DNA from: an uncultured Gammaproteobacteria bacterium
GTDB taxonomy: Bacteria; Patescibacteriota; Patescibacteriia; PEXW01
Assembly: GCA_964486505.1 (NCBI GenBank)
Contig: CAZAMC010000002.1
Span: forward strand, 65,656-129,655
Length of the DNA stretch: 64,000 bases
Reading direction: 5' to 3'
Of this stretch, positions 52,536-62,504 are shown piece after piece. How positions within the stretch are numbered: the first letter of the stretch is position 1; the number at the start of each line of letters is the position of its first letter. The translations under genes and the position numbers were made by a program. The notes beneath the pieces were generated by a model. The model made no database searches and had not been told where the DNA came from. It saw nothing but the letters and a program-made list of their open reading frames with translations.

Positions 52536-52611
52536 GTACGCTAGAGGGTACACCTCAACAGTTTACATGTCAAGTATTTGGCGCTCCCCGTGATTATGAT
52601 ACGCTGGACCT

Positions 52612-53442
52612 ATGAAAAAAATCCTCACCGTGTTGGGTATTATCAGCGCTGTGCTCTTGCCGCTCTCAACCGTGTCGGCCGCGAGTATCGTGCACAAAAA
52701 TTCCTCGTGGCGGACATTCAGTGTGGCCACCAGTCGCGGGACCTTTACGGGCCAGGTGATTACCATCAACCTGACCAACCCGAAGCTCCACGTCTACACC
52801 CAAACTGGTAACCTGACGGACTGTAAAACCAATTGCACGGTTGCACCGCTGAAGAAATACGTCGATCGGGTTCGGGGTTTTGCTGGCATTAATGGGACGT
52901 ACTTCTGTCCTGCGGAGTATCCCTCCTGCTCTGGTCAAACTGGTTCGTACTACTGGATGGTCTATAACACGTTGCGCCACGTCTTCATTAACCAAAAGCA
53001 GAATCGTTTCAATCTTGGGCCGCTCGTGGCTTTCGACACGGAAAACCACTGGCACTTCTGGCGAGAGGCTAGGGACTGGCCGGGGTTAGCCGCTTTTGAG
53101 GACCAGTACGACACGAAATTGACCGCCCTCATTTCCAACGGGCCCGCCCTTATGGTGGGCGGGAAGCTGGTGGTGACTGCAAGTGAGCTGGATAATAAGC
53201 AGCGAACTGTGAAGAGTGCCCGCAGCGCCCTTGCCTTTAAGGGCGTGAACGCATACCTCATCGTGGTGAACGGCGCAACGGTATTGGATTCTGGGGCGGT
53301 AATGAAAGCATTTGGCATGTCCTACGCTATGAACCTCGATGGCGGCGGTTCCTCGGCCCTCGTATTCGATAACCAGTACCGGGTGGGTCCGGGTAGGAAC
53401 ATCCCCAATGCCCTGATTTTCTCGGAGTACCTGGTACAGTAG
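52612..53442 (+). CDS. Secreted phosphodiester glycosidase (NAGPA/DUF2233) family protein
   Basis: GINGTYF, RSAL, AMNLDGGGSS. Confidence 0.85.
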   Translation: MKKILTVLGIISAVLLPLSTVSAASIVHKNSSWRTFSVATSRGTFTGQVITINLTNPKLHVYTQTGNLTDCKTNCTVAPLKKYVDRVRGFAGINGTYFCPAEYPSCSGQTGSYYWMVYNTLRHVFINQKQNRFNLGPLVAFDTENHWHFWREARDWPGLAAFEDQYDTKLTALISNGPALMVGGKLVVTASELDNKQRTVKSARSALAFKGVNAYLIVVNGATVLDSGAVMKAFGMSYAMNLDGGGSSALVFDNQYRVGPGRNIPNALIFSEYLVQ

Positions 53443-53482
53443 GGGCTTTTTCCATCGGCCGTCCTCGTGGTATCCTGTGGCT

Positions 53483-54529
53483 ATGCAAACTTGGCGAACC
53501 CTTGGCGTTATCAGCGCTAGCTGCGTCCTCGCAGTGGCTCTTACGGCGTGTGGGAAGCCGCCCGCCAATACCAACGTGGTAGACGAGAACGCGAATGCCA
53601 ATGAGAACGTGAATGCGGAAGTCCCCGATGTGAACGCGAATGCCAATGAGAACGTGAATGCAGATGCCAACGCGAATGGGAACACGAACGGGTCGGTGGA
53701 CGCGAACGTCAATGGCAGCCAAGACTTAGATGACGACGGGCTCACGAACGATCAGGAGCGGCTGTACAAGACCGATCCTCTGAACGCCGATACCGACGCC
53801 GACGGGTACAAGGACGGGGTGGAAGTAGCAACTGGGTATGATCCCACCAAGCTGCCCGAGGAAGACCCAAAGGTCATAAGCCAGTTGAAGCCGGTGAATA
53901 CCCCCGGTTTGCCAGCACCGCCAGTACGGGCCACGGCGCTCAAGGCAGCGCAGAGTTTTCCATTTCGAGCCACGAAGACCGATGGGCAGGTGACCATTCG
54001 CCTCGACTCGAAGGTTGCAATGTCCATTGTGAATTTCGCCCTCGACTTTGCGGGCGGCGTAGATAACCGAGGACCCGCACTGAACCTGGATAACCGCTAC
54101 GCGCTGCTTGGCGGGACCTTTGATAAAGGCAAAGTCTGGGCCGCAGGCCGCGACTTCGTAAAAGGGCCGCACTACATGTCCACGAGCAACACCGTTGGGA
54201 CCCTCACGCTCTTCCCGGCACCGACCCCGCCCTTCTCTATTGATGGTCGCGGTGAAGGCGGGATTGAAGATGCAGCGGCGGTATCCATGAATACGTTTGT
54301 GGCGGATTTCCCGAAGAGCGGCACCTACAAGTTTGAATTCGGGGTCGCCCGAGGCAAGGCCAAGATTGCCATAGAGAATACCAACCTGGTGTTCAAGGAT
54401 AAGGTGTACGCTGAAGTGGAGAGCATTAAACCCGTTACGGTCACGGCTGACGTTGCCGAAGGTTTACACACCATTACCATTCAGGGGCAAGAATTCCCGT
54501 CCTGGTCCCTCCGCGTTTCTAAAATGTAG
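53483..54529 (+). CDS. Lipoprotein with Asn-rich linker and TSP3-like Ca-binding repeat
   Basis: LTAC lipobox; NAN repeats; DDDGLTN...TDPLNADTDADGYKDG. Confidence 0.75.
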   Translation: MQTWRTLGVISASCVLAVALTACGKPPANTNVVDENANANENVNAEVPDVNANANENVNADANANGNTNGSVDANVNGSQDLDDDGLTNDQERLYKTDPLNADTDADGYKDGVEVATGYDPTKLPEEDPKVISQLKPVNTPGLPAPPVRATALKAAQSFPFRATKTDGQVTIRLDSKVAMSIVNFALDFAGGVDNRGPALNLDNRYALLGGTFDKGKVWAAGRDFVKGPHYMSTSNTVGTLTLFPAPTPPFSIDGRGEGGIEDAAAVSMNTFVADFPKSGTYKFEFGVARGKAKIAIENTNLVFKDKVYAEVESIKPVTVTADVAEGLHTITIQGQEFPSWSLRVSKM

Positions 54530-54635
54530 CGAAAACCCGGGGCCGCCTACCGACCGGAGGTGTCTTCGGTTGTTAGACCTTGCTCATTTTTTAGCAGGGC
54601 GGTAGAGTAAACGTACGCTAATGTACTAGGAGTTT

Positions 54636-55028
54636 ATGGCCTTCTTCTCCACCCGTTCGGACTACGCGCTCATCATGCTCCGCGCCCTGCTACGGGCAAA
54701 GGGGTATACCTCGCTGCGGATTGTAGCGAAACAGAATCGTTTGCCGTACCGGTACGTGAGTCGGCTTGCGGGGGACCTGAAGAAAGCCGGTTTCCTCAAA
54801 AGTCGAGAGGGCGTTCTTGGCGGCTACGCCTTGGCAAAGAAGCCCAAGGATATTCGGCTCCTGGACGTCATTGAGCTCCTGGACGGTCCTATGGCGCCTA
54901 CGCGCTGCATCGCATCGCCAGGCACCTGCCCACGGGAAGCTAACTGCCCGCTCAAGCCGCACTGGACCACAATGCACCGGGCTATTCATAGCCAGATTGC
55001 CCGCTATACGCTAGCGAGTATTGCCTAA
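54636..55028 (+). CDS. Rrf2 family regulator (IscR-like, 3 Cys)
   Basis: DYAL, SREGVLGGY.LAK, C-x5-C-x5-C; heads the suf operon. Confidence 0.9.
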   Translation: MAFFSTRSDYALIMLRALLRAKGYTSLRIVAKQNRLPYRYVSRLAGDLKKAGFLKSREGVLGGYALAKKPKDIRLLDVIELLDGPMAPTRCIASPGTCPREANCPLKPHWTTMHRAIHSQIARYTLASIA

Positions 55029-55034
55029 GCCCGC

Positions 55035-55766
55035 ATGGCGTTTTCTGTTGAACACCTCGCGGTCCGCGTCGAGGGGAAGCACATTCTCCACGACGTTTCG
55101 CTGTGCGTCCAGCCCGGTGAAGTGCACGCCCTCATGGGCCCCAATGGTTCGGGAAAGTCGACCCTCGCCAATGCCCTCATGGGGCACCCGCAGTACGCCA
55201 TCACCGGCGGGAATATTGTAGTTGACGGGCAGGATGTAACGGCGTCTCGGCCAGACGAGCGGGCAATCGCGGGCGTGTTCCTCTCATTCCAGTACCCGGT
55301 AGAAATTCCGGGGGTGTCGGTGCAGAATTTTCTCCGCACTGCTTGGCGCAGCACGCACGCGGGGCAACTGGACCATAAAGCGTTCACAGCTCGGCTTCAG
55401 CAGGCGGCAGCGGATTTGCAGGTGGACGCCGCGTTCGTAAAGCGAGCGATTAACGAAGGCTTCTCGGGCGGGGAGAAGAAGCGCATGGAAATGCTTCAGC
55501 TCGCTGTGCTCCAGCCCAAGTACGCCATCCTCGATGAAACCGATTCGGGCTTGGATGTGGATGCTTTGAAGATTGTTGCGCAAGGCGTGCAGGCGGCCCG
55601 GCACGCGGGTGTGGGTATCCTCCTCATCACCCACTACTCGCGGATACTCGAGTTCGTCGTGCCGGATTACGTGCACGTGCTCGTGGGTGGAACCATTGTC
55701 CAATCGGGGACCAAAGACCTGGCGTACGCCATTGAGCGCACCGGGTACAAGGAGGTTGTACGGTGA
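55035..55766 (+). CDS. sufC: Fe-S assembly ATPase SufC
   Basis: [36 protein letters not shown]. Confidence 0.95.
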   Translation: MAFSVEHLAVRVEGKHILHDVSLCVQPGEVHALMGPNGSGKSTLANALMGHPQYAITGGNIVVDGQDVTASRPDERAIAGVFLSFQYPVEIPGVSVQNFLRTAWRSTHAGQLDHKAFTARLQQAAADLQVDAAFVKRAINEGFSGGEKKRMEMLQLAVLQPKYAILDETDSGLDVDALKIVAQGVQAARHAGVGILLITHYSRILEFVVPDYVHVLVGGTIVQSGTKDLAYAIERTGYKEVVR

Positions 55767-57148
55767 AAGAGGCTGTTGCACAGGATGTAACCCAGGCCGA
55801 TCCGATTGCGTACCAGTACATCGCGAAGCCGGGACTATCGAAGTCCACGGTGGAGCACATCTCCCACTTTAAGAACGAGCCGGATTGGATGCGGGCCGCG
55901 CGGCTTCGGGCGCTGGAGATTTTTCACAAGAAGCATCTACCGCAGTGGGGTGGCGAGCTAGGCGATATTGACTTCCAAGCTATCCACTACTTCCTGAGCC
56001 CTACCGGGAAGCTCGCCCGCACCTGGGACGATGTGCCAGTGGATATTCGCAACACGTACAACAAGATTGGTATCCCGGAGGCGGAGCAGAAGTACCTCGG
56101 CGGAGTCATGGCTCAGTACGAATCCGAGGCCGTGTACCATTCGTTACGGGAGAACCTCGCCAAGCAGGGGGTGCTCTTCCTAGACATGGATGCGGGCCTG
56201 CGTGAACATCCGGATATTGTCCGGCAGTATTTTGGCACGGTTATTCCGGCGGGCGACAACAAGTTCGCCGCGCTCAATACCGCTGTGTGGAGTGGCGGGA
56301 GCTTCGTGTACGTGCCGGCCGGGGTGAAGGTCACTATTCCATTGCAAGCCTACTTCCGTATCAATGCGCCGCGCGCCGGGCAGTTTGAGCGTACGCTCAT
56401 CGTGGCCGAGGAGGGGAGCGAAGTGCACTACGTAGAAGGCTGCACCGCCCCGGTGTACGCCGCTGATAGCCTCCATGCCGCGGTGGTGGAAATCATTGTG
56501 AAGAAGGGCGCCCGCGTGCGGTACACCACGGTGCAGAACTGGTCGAAGAATGTGTACAACCTGGTAACAAAACGCGCGTACGTGTACGAGGACGCCACCA
56601 TGGAGTGGGTGGATGGAAACCTGGGGTCAAAGCTCACTATGAAGTACCCGAGTGTGTACTTGTTGGGGCGGGGGGCGCGGGGCGACGTGCTTTCCATTGC
56701 CTTTGCGGGTGATGGCCAGCACCAGGATGCCGGTGGCAAGGCCGTTCACGGCGCGCCCGACACACGGTCGACCATCATCTCCAAGTCTATTAGCAAAGAA
56801 CGCGGGCGCACGTCATACCGGGGCCTGGTGCAAATTCCGCGCGGCGCTACGGGCTGCAAGTCCTCGGTGGTGTGTGATGCGCTCTTGCTGGACGACTCCT
56901 CACGTTCCGACACCTACCCAACCATGGATATTCGGGAAGCCGACGTGAGCATTGCGCACGAAGCCAGCGTGGGCAAAATTGGTGAGGAGCAGCTCTTCTA
57001 CCTCATGTCGCGCGGCATCCCAGACCAAGAGGCGCGCAGCCTCATTGTGCAAGGTTTCATTGAGCCCATTGCCAAAGAGCTGCCCCTGGAATACGCCGTG
57101 GAGCTCAACCGGCTCATTCGATTGGAAATGGAAGGGAGCGTAGGATGA
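55763..57148 (+). CDS. sufB: Fe-S assembly protein SufB
   Basis: [29 protein letters not shown]. Confidence 0.96.
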   Translation: MKEAVAQDVTQADPIAYQYIAKPGLSKSTVEHISHFKNEPDWMRAARLRALEIFHKKHLPQWGGELGDIDFQAIHYFLSPTGKLARTWDDVPVDIRNTYNKIGIPEAEQKYLGGVMAQYESEAVYHSLRENLAKQGVLFLDMDAGLREHPDIVRQYFGTVIPAGDNKFAALNTAVWSGGSFVYVPAGVKVTIPLQAYFRINAPRAGQFERTLIVAEEGSEVHYVEGCTAPVYAADSLHAAVVEIIVKKGARVRYTTVQNWSKNVYNLVTKRAYVYEDATMEWVDGNLGSKLTMKYPSVYLLGRGARGDVLSIAFAGDGQHQDAGGKAVHGAPDTRSTIISKSISKERGRTSYRGLVQIPRGATGCKSSVVCDALLLDDSSRSDTYPTMDIREADVSIAHEASVGKIGEEQLFYLMSRGIPDQEARSLIVQGFIEPIAKELPLEYAVELNRLIRLEMEGSVG

Positions 57149-57921
57149 GCGCCCGCGCCTTTCCACTGTTGAAGAATGATCCCCTCCGGGCGTTCCCTTC
57201 CACGTTGCCGGAGCACGAGCAACACGTGCGCGTGGACGCTGGTCAGACTGCGGAGCAAACGTTCTCGCCCAAAGCCGGCAAGACGACGCTGACGGTTGCG
57301 GTGGGTGACGGCGCAACGCTGACGTTGCTCTTGGCTGCCACGTACAGCCCCGACGTCTTCCGCTTGCTGGACATTGATGCCGTGGTCGGCCGGGATGCCG
57401 CTGTCCATGTTATTGACCGGGCCATGGGTGGGGCCCGGGTTGAAACGCGAGCGTTCATTTCCCTGCGGGCGCCGGGCGCGACCGGGAAGTTTACTGGCAT
57501 GTACCACGGCAAAGGCGCGGAGCACCACGCGTGCCACGTTGTGGTTCACCATACGGTGCCGCACACGCACGGCGATGTGCTCGTCCGGGGGGTGTATGAA
57601 GGCGAGAGCCGAAGTGTGTTCACCGGGCTTATCCAGATTGCGCCCGGCGCTCAGCAAACCAAGAGTTACTACCGGGACGACATTCTGCTCCTCGACGCCG
57701 CGTTGGCTGAATCCCTCCCCACTTTGGAAATTGCCGCGAATGACGTGAAAGCTTCGCACGGTTCCACGACTAGCCGCCTCAACGATGCCCAGCTCTTCTA
57801 CTTGCAGAGTCGGGGTATCCCGCCGGATCAAGCGCGCAACCTGATTGTCGCCGGTTTCCTCACCCCGGCGCTGAAGCGTGTTCCCGAAGCGCTCTGCCAG
57901 CCATTTTTACCGACTGATTGA
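57145..57921 (+). CDS. sufD: Fe-S assembly protein SufD (short form)
   Basis: [17 protein letters not shown]...FYLQSRGI. Confidence 0.88.
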   Translation: MSARAFPLLKNDPLRAFPSTLPEHEQHVRVDAGQTAEQTFSPKAGKTTLTVAVGDGATLTLLLAATYSPDVFRLLDIDAVVGRDAAVHVIDRAMGGARVETRAFISLRAPGATGKFTGMYHGKGAEHHACHVVVHHTVPHTHGDVLVRGVYEGESRSVFTGLIQIAPGAQQTKSYYRDDILLLDAALAESLPTLEIAANDVKASHGSTTSRLNDAQLFYLQSRGIPPDQARNLIVAGFLTPALKRVPEALCQPFLPTD

Positions 57922-57996
57922 CAGCTTCGTTGGCGGGCGTAGGCTTCCCTCAAAGACCCGAAACCCGGAACATTCCCAACCCGAAAGGAGGATGTC

Positions 57997-58554
57997 ATGT
58001 CTCTCCAGTGTTTTCATTTTCCTGGGAACATTACCATGTTCCTCCCCCCGGACTGGTTCACGCGTCCCGAGTCGCCGGTAGATGTTAACGAGTGCAAGTC
58101 CGAGCAATTCGACATTGCGGCGTACCCACACCGGCCCGATATCGTCGATGAACGGCTGACGGCCTTCCTCGATGGTGTCCCTCTTGATGATGACCGGAAG
58201 GCGTTCTTAGGCATCGCCGTCTCGGAGGTTGCCATGAACGCCATGACGCACGACGGCCTGGATCCCACGCGGATGATCCGCGTGCACTTCCTCTACGTTG
58301 CTCCCCGTTTCGTGCTCGTGGGTATCATGGATACGTTGGGCCCCATTCCGGAGGCCGCGTTCACCACCGACCCTACGAATGCCGAAGCCATGGAGAAGCT
58401 GCCTGATCATGGCCGAGGATTCTTCATCATCAAGCAGATTGTGAACATCCTGGGGCAGTGTCCAGACAGCGACTGCGTGACGAAGGAAATCTGGGTCGGC
58501 GTAGACCTGCAGACGGAGGTGCACCATGAGAAAGTTTCAGCGACGTCCTCGTGA
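57997..58554 (+). CDS. Anti-sigma-factor-type HATPase (RsbW/SpoIIAB-like)
   Basis: IAVSEVAMNAMTH N-box, DTLG, HGRGFFII. Confidence 0.75.
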   Translation: MSLQCFHFPGNITMFLPPDWFTRPESPVDVNECKSEQFDIAAYPHRPDIVDERLTAFLDGVPLDDDRKAFLGIAVSEVAMNAMTHDGLDPTRMIRVHFLYVAPRFVLVGIMDTLGPIPEAAFTTDPTNAEAMEKLPDHGRGFFIIKQIVNILGQCPDSDCVTKEIWVGVDLQTEVHHEKVSATSS

Positions 58555-59239
58555 ATTCTCCTGGCCCGTCCTGCCCGTTCTCGACGCTTTCGTCCTCTTC
58601 GACTTGATCGAGACGTACAACGGCCGGTGCGACGGTGCGCAACCGCAATCGAACCTCGAGGAAGCCGAAGTCCGGGGCTACGCTGATGCGTGTGTTCGGA
58701 ATGCCGAACGGGAGGTGCTGCACCGGCTTACCGCTTTTGCTCATGATTTTGGGCAGAACGTGAGCTTCTGGCACCCTCGGCTCCTCATCCGCATCGCCAA
58801 GCGCTGCCGTCGGGAATCGTTTCCCGCTGGTCTGGAGGTGCTCCAGAACTTGCACACGATCGCTAGTCAGGTGGGCGTACCTGTGGCACGCACGGGCGCC
58901 CACGGTTTGGCCTTGGAACGGTGGCGCGTTCTGGGTGACCGAGCGTCCTCGCTGATTACCACTGTGCACGATGACTTTCCCGATGATCCTTCGGAATGGG
59001 AGGACCAGAAGTGGAAGTCGTATTTCCGGCGGTTCCCCCAAGAGCTCTTTAGCCTCTCCATTCTGGCGGCGGTCATTGACCTCGCCGACGCCGAGCCGCA
59101 GTCGTTCAACGAACGGGAGCAGTGGGTGTACAAACGTTTCTTACCCGACCGTACGTGGCGGCCGGAGCACGTTGCCTGGGATGAGTACGATGTGTTTCCA
59201 GGTGATGATGAGGATGACACACGTGAACCTTGGCAGTAG
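58526..59239 (+). CDS. Hypothetical protein
   Basis: GGAGG SD, overlaps the upstream gene, terminator downstream. Confidence 0.55.
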   Translation: MRKFQRRPREFSWPVLPVLDAFVLFDLIETYNGRCDGAQPQSNLEEAEVRGYADACVRNAEREVLHRLTAFAHDFGQNVSFWHPRLLIRIAKRCRRESFPAGLEVLQNLHTIASQVGVPVARTGAHGLALERWRVLGDRASSLITTVHDDFPDDPSEWEDQKWKSYFRRFPQELFSLSILAAVIDLADAEPQSFNEREQWVYKRFLPDRTWRPEHVAWDEYDVFPGDDEDDTREPWQ

Positions 59240-59318
59240 AGTCTTTCGGTAAAAGCGACTGTTTCCGCAGTCGCTTTTCTATTTGCCCTCGCCCCCCCGG
59301 CAGTGTAGTCTGGACTTA

Positions 59319-60551
59319 ATGTTCGACCCCGAAGCAATTCGAAAAGCCTTCCCCATTCTCGCTCGTCGCATACACGAGCAGCCGTTGGTGTACTTGGATA
59401 ACGGGGCCACCAGCCAAAAGCCCGAGCCGGTGCTGCAAGCGATGGACGATGCGCAACGCCACCACAATGCCAATGTTCACCGGGGGATTTACACGCTCAG
59501 CGAGGAAGCAACGGCGCTGTACGAGGGCGCTCGGGAAAAAATTGGCAGGTTCATTCACGCGCCAAGCTCGCAGGAGCTTATTTTCACGCGGAACGCCACC
59601 GAGGCAATCAACCTCGTCGCCCTCAGCTGGGCCCGACAGAACCTGCAGGCTGGTGATGAAATTCTCACCACGGTCATGGAGCACCACTCGAACATCGTCC
59701 CCTGGCACATGCTGGCCAAGGAGCGGGGGATTGTCCTCAAGTTCTTACCCGCGAAACCCACCGAAGGGACACTCGATGTTGATCAACTCGACGTGCTCCT
59801 TACCCCCAAGACCAAACTCGTGTGCGTGGGGCACATGTCAAACCTCCTCGGCACGGTGAACCCGGTATCGGCAATTGCACAGAAGGCGCACGCCGTTGGG
59901 GCAAAAGTTCTGGTGGATGGATGCCAAGCTGTACCTCACCTACCCGTGGATGTCCAGAATGTTGGCGCCGACTTCTACGCTTTCTCGGGGCACAAGATGC
60001 TGGGGCCAACCGGGATTGGCGTCCTCTGGGCCCGACAGGAGATTCTGGAACAGACCGAGCCAGTGTTCGGTGGCGGCGACATGATTCGAGAAGTGACGCA
60101 GGCCGGGGCCAGCTGGAATGATGTGCCGTGGAAGTTTGAAGCCGGAACACCCAATATTGTTGGCGCCATCGGTTTGGGCGCGGCTGTGGATTACCTAGCC
60201 ACCATTGGTATGGAGGACGTATGGCGGCACGAGCAGGCGATTGCTCACTACGTCCTACCGAAATTGACTGCTATTCCAGGTGTGCAGCTCTTCGGCATAC
60301 CGAGGCCCTCACCCGACCGGGGAGCGATATTCTCTTTCTGGGTAGATGGCATGCACCCGCACGACATCGCCAGCATTTTCGACGAGCAGGGGATTGCCGT
60401 CCGCGCTGGCCACATGTGCGCCCAGCCCATGCTGGAGGTGCTGGGCAAGCCTGCGGCCGTCCGGGCCAGTTTCTACCTGTACAACACCCAGGCCGAAGCC
60501 GACGTGTTCCTCAATGCGATTGAAGACGCGAAGAAGGTGTTTGGAGTATAG
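59319..60551 (+). CDS. sufS: Cysteine desulfurase
   Basis: YLDNGATSQKP, SGHKMLGPTG, RAGHMCA. Confidence 0.96.
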   Translation: MFDPEAIRKAFPILARRIHEQPLVYLDNGATSQKPEPVLQAMDDAQRHHNANVHRGIYTLSEEATALYEGAREKIGRFIHAPSSQELIFTRNATEAINLVALSWARQNLQAGDEILTTVMEHHSNIVPWHMLAKERGIVLKFLPAKPTEGTLDVDQLDVLLTPKTKLVCVGHMSNLLGTVNPVSAIAQKAHAVGAKVLVDGCQAVPHLPVDVQNVGADFYAFSGHKMLGPTGIGVLWARQEILEQTEPVFGGGDMIREVTQAGASWNDVPWKFEAGTPNIVGAIGLGAAVDYLATIGMEDVWRHEQAIAHYVLPKLTAIPGVQLFGIPRPSPDRGAIFSFWVDGMHPHDIASIFDEQGIAVRAGHMCAQPMLEVLGKPAAVRASFYLYNTQAEADVFLNAIEDAKKVFGV

Positions 60552-60553
60552 CT

Positions 60554-60913
60554 ATGTACGAATCAACCCTCCTCGACCACTACCACCACCCGCGGAATAC
60601 CGGCAAGCTCCAGCCCGCCGACCGGCGGCGCCGTGAGCCGAATCCTCTGTGCGGCGACGTCATTGAAGTTTTCCTGAAGCTGGATGCATCAGGGACCATT
60701 CAGGAAGTTCGGTGGGAGGGTTCGGGGTGCGCCGTGAGTCAGGCCAGCATGTCCGCGCTTTCCGAGCAGCTGGTGGGCAAGTCGCGGGGAGAGATTGCCG
60801 CGTTTGGCGTGCGCGATATTGAACAATTCCTCGACACTACTATTAATCCCGCTCGGCTGAAGTGCGCGACCCTGGGCCTCGTTGCAACCCAGAACGCGCT
60901 TGCAAACGAGTGA
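60554..60913 (+). CDS. sufU: SufU/IscU-like sulfur transfer scaffold
   Basis: NPLCGD, GCAVSQAS, RLKCATL. Confidence 0.9.
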   Translation: MYESTLLDHYHHPRNTGKLQPADRRRREPNPLCGDVIEVFLKLDASGTIQEVRWEGSGCAVSQASMSALSEQLVGKSRGEIAAFGVRDIEQFLDTTINPARLKCATLGLVATQNALANE

Positions 60914-60975
60914 CTTTCCACCGGCCTCGGGTTTTGGTATCCTAGGTCTACCTCGTGCCCCTAAGCCGCACTCGT

Positions 60976-61194
60976 ATGCCATTCAAAAGTATCGTCGTTG
61001 ACCGAGAGAAGTGCATCTCCGCCGCCAGCTGCGTAGCGGTGGCGCCGGAAGTTTTTGAGCTTGACGCGGAGGGGAAGGCTATTGTGAAGAGCATGACGGG
61101 CGATCCGGACGACGTGATCATTGACGCCGCCAAGGCCTGCCCCACTTTGGCGATTACCATCATTGGTGAAGACGGCAAGCAAATAGTGCCCTGA
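60976..61194 (+). CDS. Ferredoxin (single cluster)
   Basis: CISAASC...AAKACP. Confidence 0.88.
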   Translation: MPFKSIVVDREKCISAASCVAVAPEVFELDAEGKAIVKSMTGDPDDVIIDAAKACPTLAITIIGEDGKQIVP

Positions 61195-61226
61195 AGCACA
61201 CCTCACCGTTTAACCCAATTCGTATT

Positions 61227-61814
61227 ATGGCGCACACCGTGCAGCCACTTCCGTTTAGCAACGAGCTGGACGGCATTTCTCGTAAAACCGTAGAAATCCA
61301 CCACGACAAACTCTACGCTGGCTACGTTGCCAAGCGCAATGAAGTGGAAGAAGCCATCTCCCAAGCCGATGCCACGAAGGCGAACCAGATTTACTCCGCC
61401 TACCGGGGCCTTAAGGAAGGTGAAACGTTTGCCGCGAATGGCATGATTCTCCACCAGGTGCACTTTGCGAACCTCGGCGGCAATGGTGATCCCGCCGGTA
61501 CAAAGATTCATGACGCAATTGTGCAGCAGTGGGGGAGCTGGGAGGCGTTCGTTGCCGCCCTCACCGCTACTGGCATGGCCGCCCGCGGCTGGGCCATCCT
61601 GGCGTACGACCCCTCGGACCGGAAACTCCACCTTTACGCGGCGGACGCGCAGAACCAAGGTGGGGTGTGGGGGTGCACGCCCCTGCTCTGCCTGGATGTG
61701 TACGAGCACGCCTACTTCATTGACGTGGGCTCCGACCGCCCAACGTACATAAAGAACTTCCTGAAGAACGTGAATTGGCAGGATGTGGACCAGCGCTACA
61801 CGTCGGTAGCGTAA
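61227..61814 (+). CDS. sod: Fe/Mn superoxide dismutase
   Basis: IHHDKLY, LHQVHF, DVYEHAY. Confidence 0.92.
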   Translation: MAHTVQPLPFSNELDGISRKTVEIHHDKLYAGYVAKRNEVEEAISQADATKANQIYSAYRGLKEGETFAANGMILHQVHFANLGGNGDPAGTKIHDAIVQQWGSWEAFVAALTATGMAARGWAILAYDPSDRKLHLYAADAQNQGGVWGCTPLLCLDVYEHAYFIDVGSDRPTYIKNFLKNVNWQDVDQRYTSVA

Positions 61815-61836
61815 TTCCCACTTACCCATCACGCGT

Positions 61837-62328
61837 ATGAAAAAGTTTGCCTACCTCGTTACGCTCGCCGCTCTCCCGGTGCTGCTGGTGGGGTGCACGA
61901 ACGGCAGCAATGCAAACACGAATACCGCCGTCATTGACCTCGTGAACGAGAGCGCGAACGTGAATGCCGCGGCGCCTGCTAATACGAATACTTCAACGCC
62001 TGCCAACACAAATACTGCTGCGAATACGAATGTGGCGGCTGCCAAGAATGTGAATGTCGCGGCTACTGCCGTGACTCTCACCGCGAGCGGCTACTCACCG
62101 GCTACCGTAACGGTGAAAGTTGGGCAGACCGTAACCTGGACGAACTCCTCGGGTAGCAGCGCCACGGTAACATCCGACCCCCACCCCACGCACACCGATC
62201 TCCCGGGGTTTGATTCGCCCACCCTTGCCGAGGGTGGAACCTACCAGTACACGTTTACGCAGAAAGGGAGTTGGGGGTACCACAATCATCTCGATCCCAC
62301 CACCAAGGGCACGGTCGTCGTTCAGTAG
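61837..62328 (+). CDS. Cupredoxin-fold lipoprotein
   Basis: LVGC lipobox, Asn-rich linker, YSPATVTVKVGQTVTWTN, YHNHL. Confidence 0.8.
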   Translation: MKKFAYLVTLAALPVLLVGCTNGSNANTNTAVIDLVNESANVNAAAPANTNTSTPANTNTAANTNVAAAKNVNVAATAVTLTASGYSPATVTVKVGQTVTWTNSSGSSATVTSDPHPTHTDLPGFDSPTLAEGGTYQYTFTQKGSWGYHNHLDPTTKGTVVVQ

Positions 62329-62369
62329 AGCGACGCCGTTGCTGGCATAACCGAAAGGAGGTGCTCGCT

Positions 62370-62447
62370 ATGGCATGCGACAACTGCGGCCACGAACACG
62401 ATCCCGGAACCAAGTGCACCATGGAGGGGTGCACCTGCGAAGGTTAG
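62370..62447 (+). CDS. 25-aa Cys/His-rich microprotein (metallothionein-like)
   Basis: AAGGAGGT SD; MACDNCGHEHDPGTKCTMEGCTCEG; hairpin downstream. Confidence 0.65.
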   Translation: MACDNCGHEHDPGTKCTMEGCTCEG

Positions 62448-62504
62448 AGATTGAACACGAATGCACGTCCCGCCGTACGGCGGGACGTTTGCTATACTGC
62501 CCGT

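Noticed and set aside
53587-53661. 30-bp direct repeat 45 nt apart
   Set aside because: An in-frame duplication within the Asn-rich linker of a lipoprotein.
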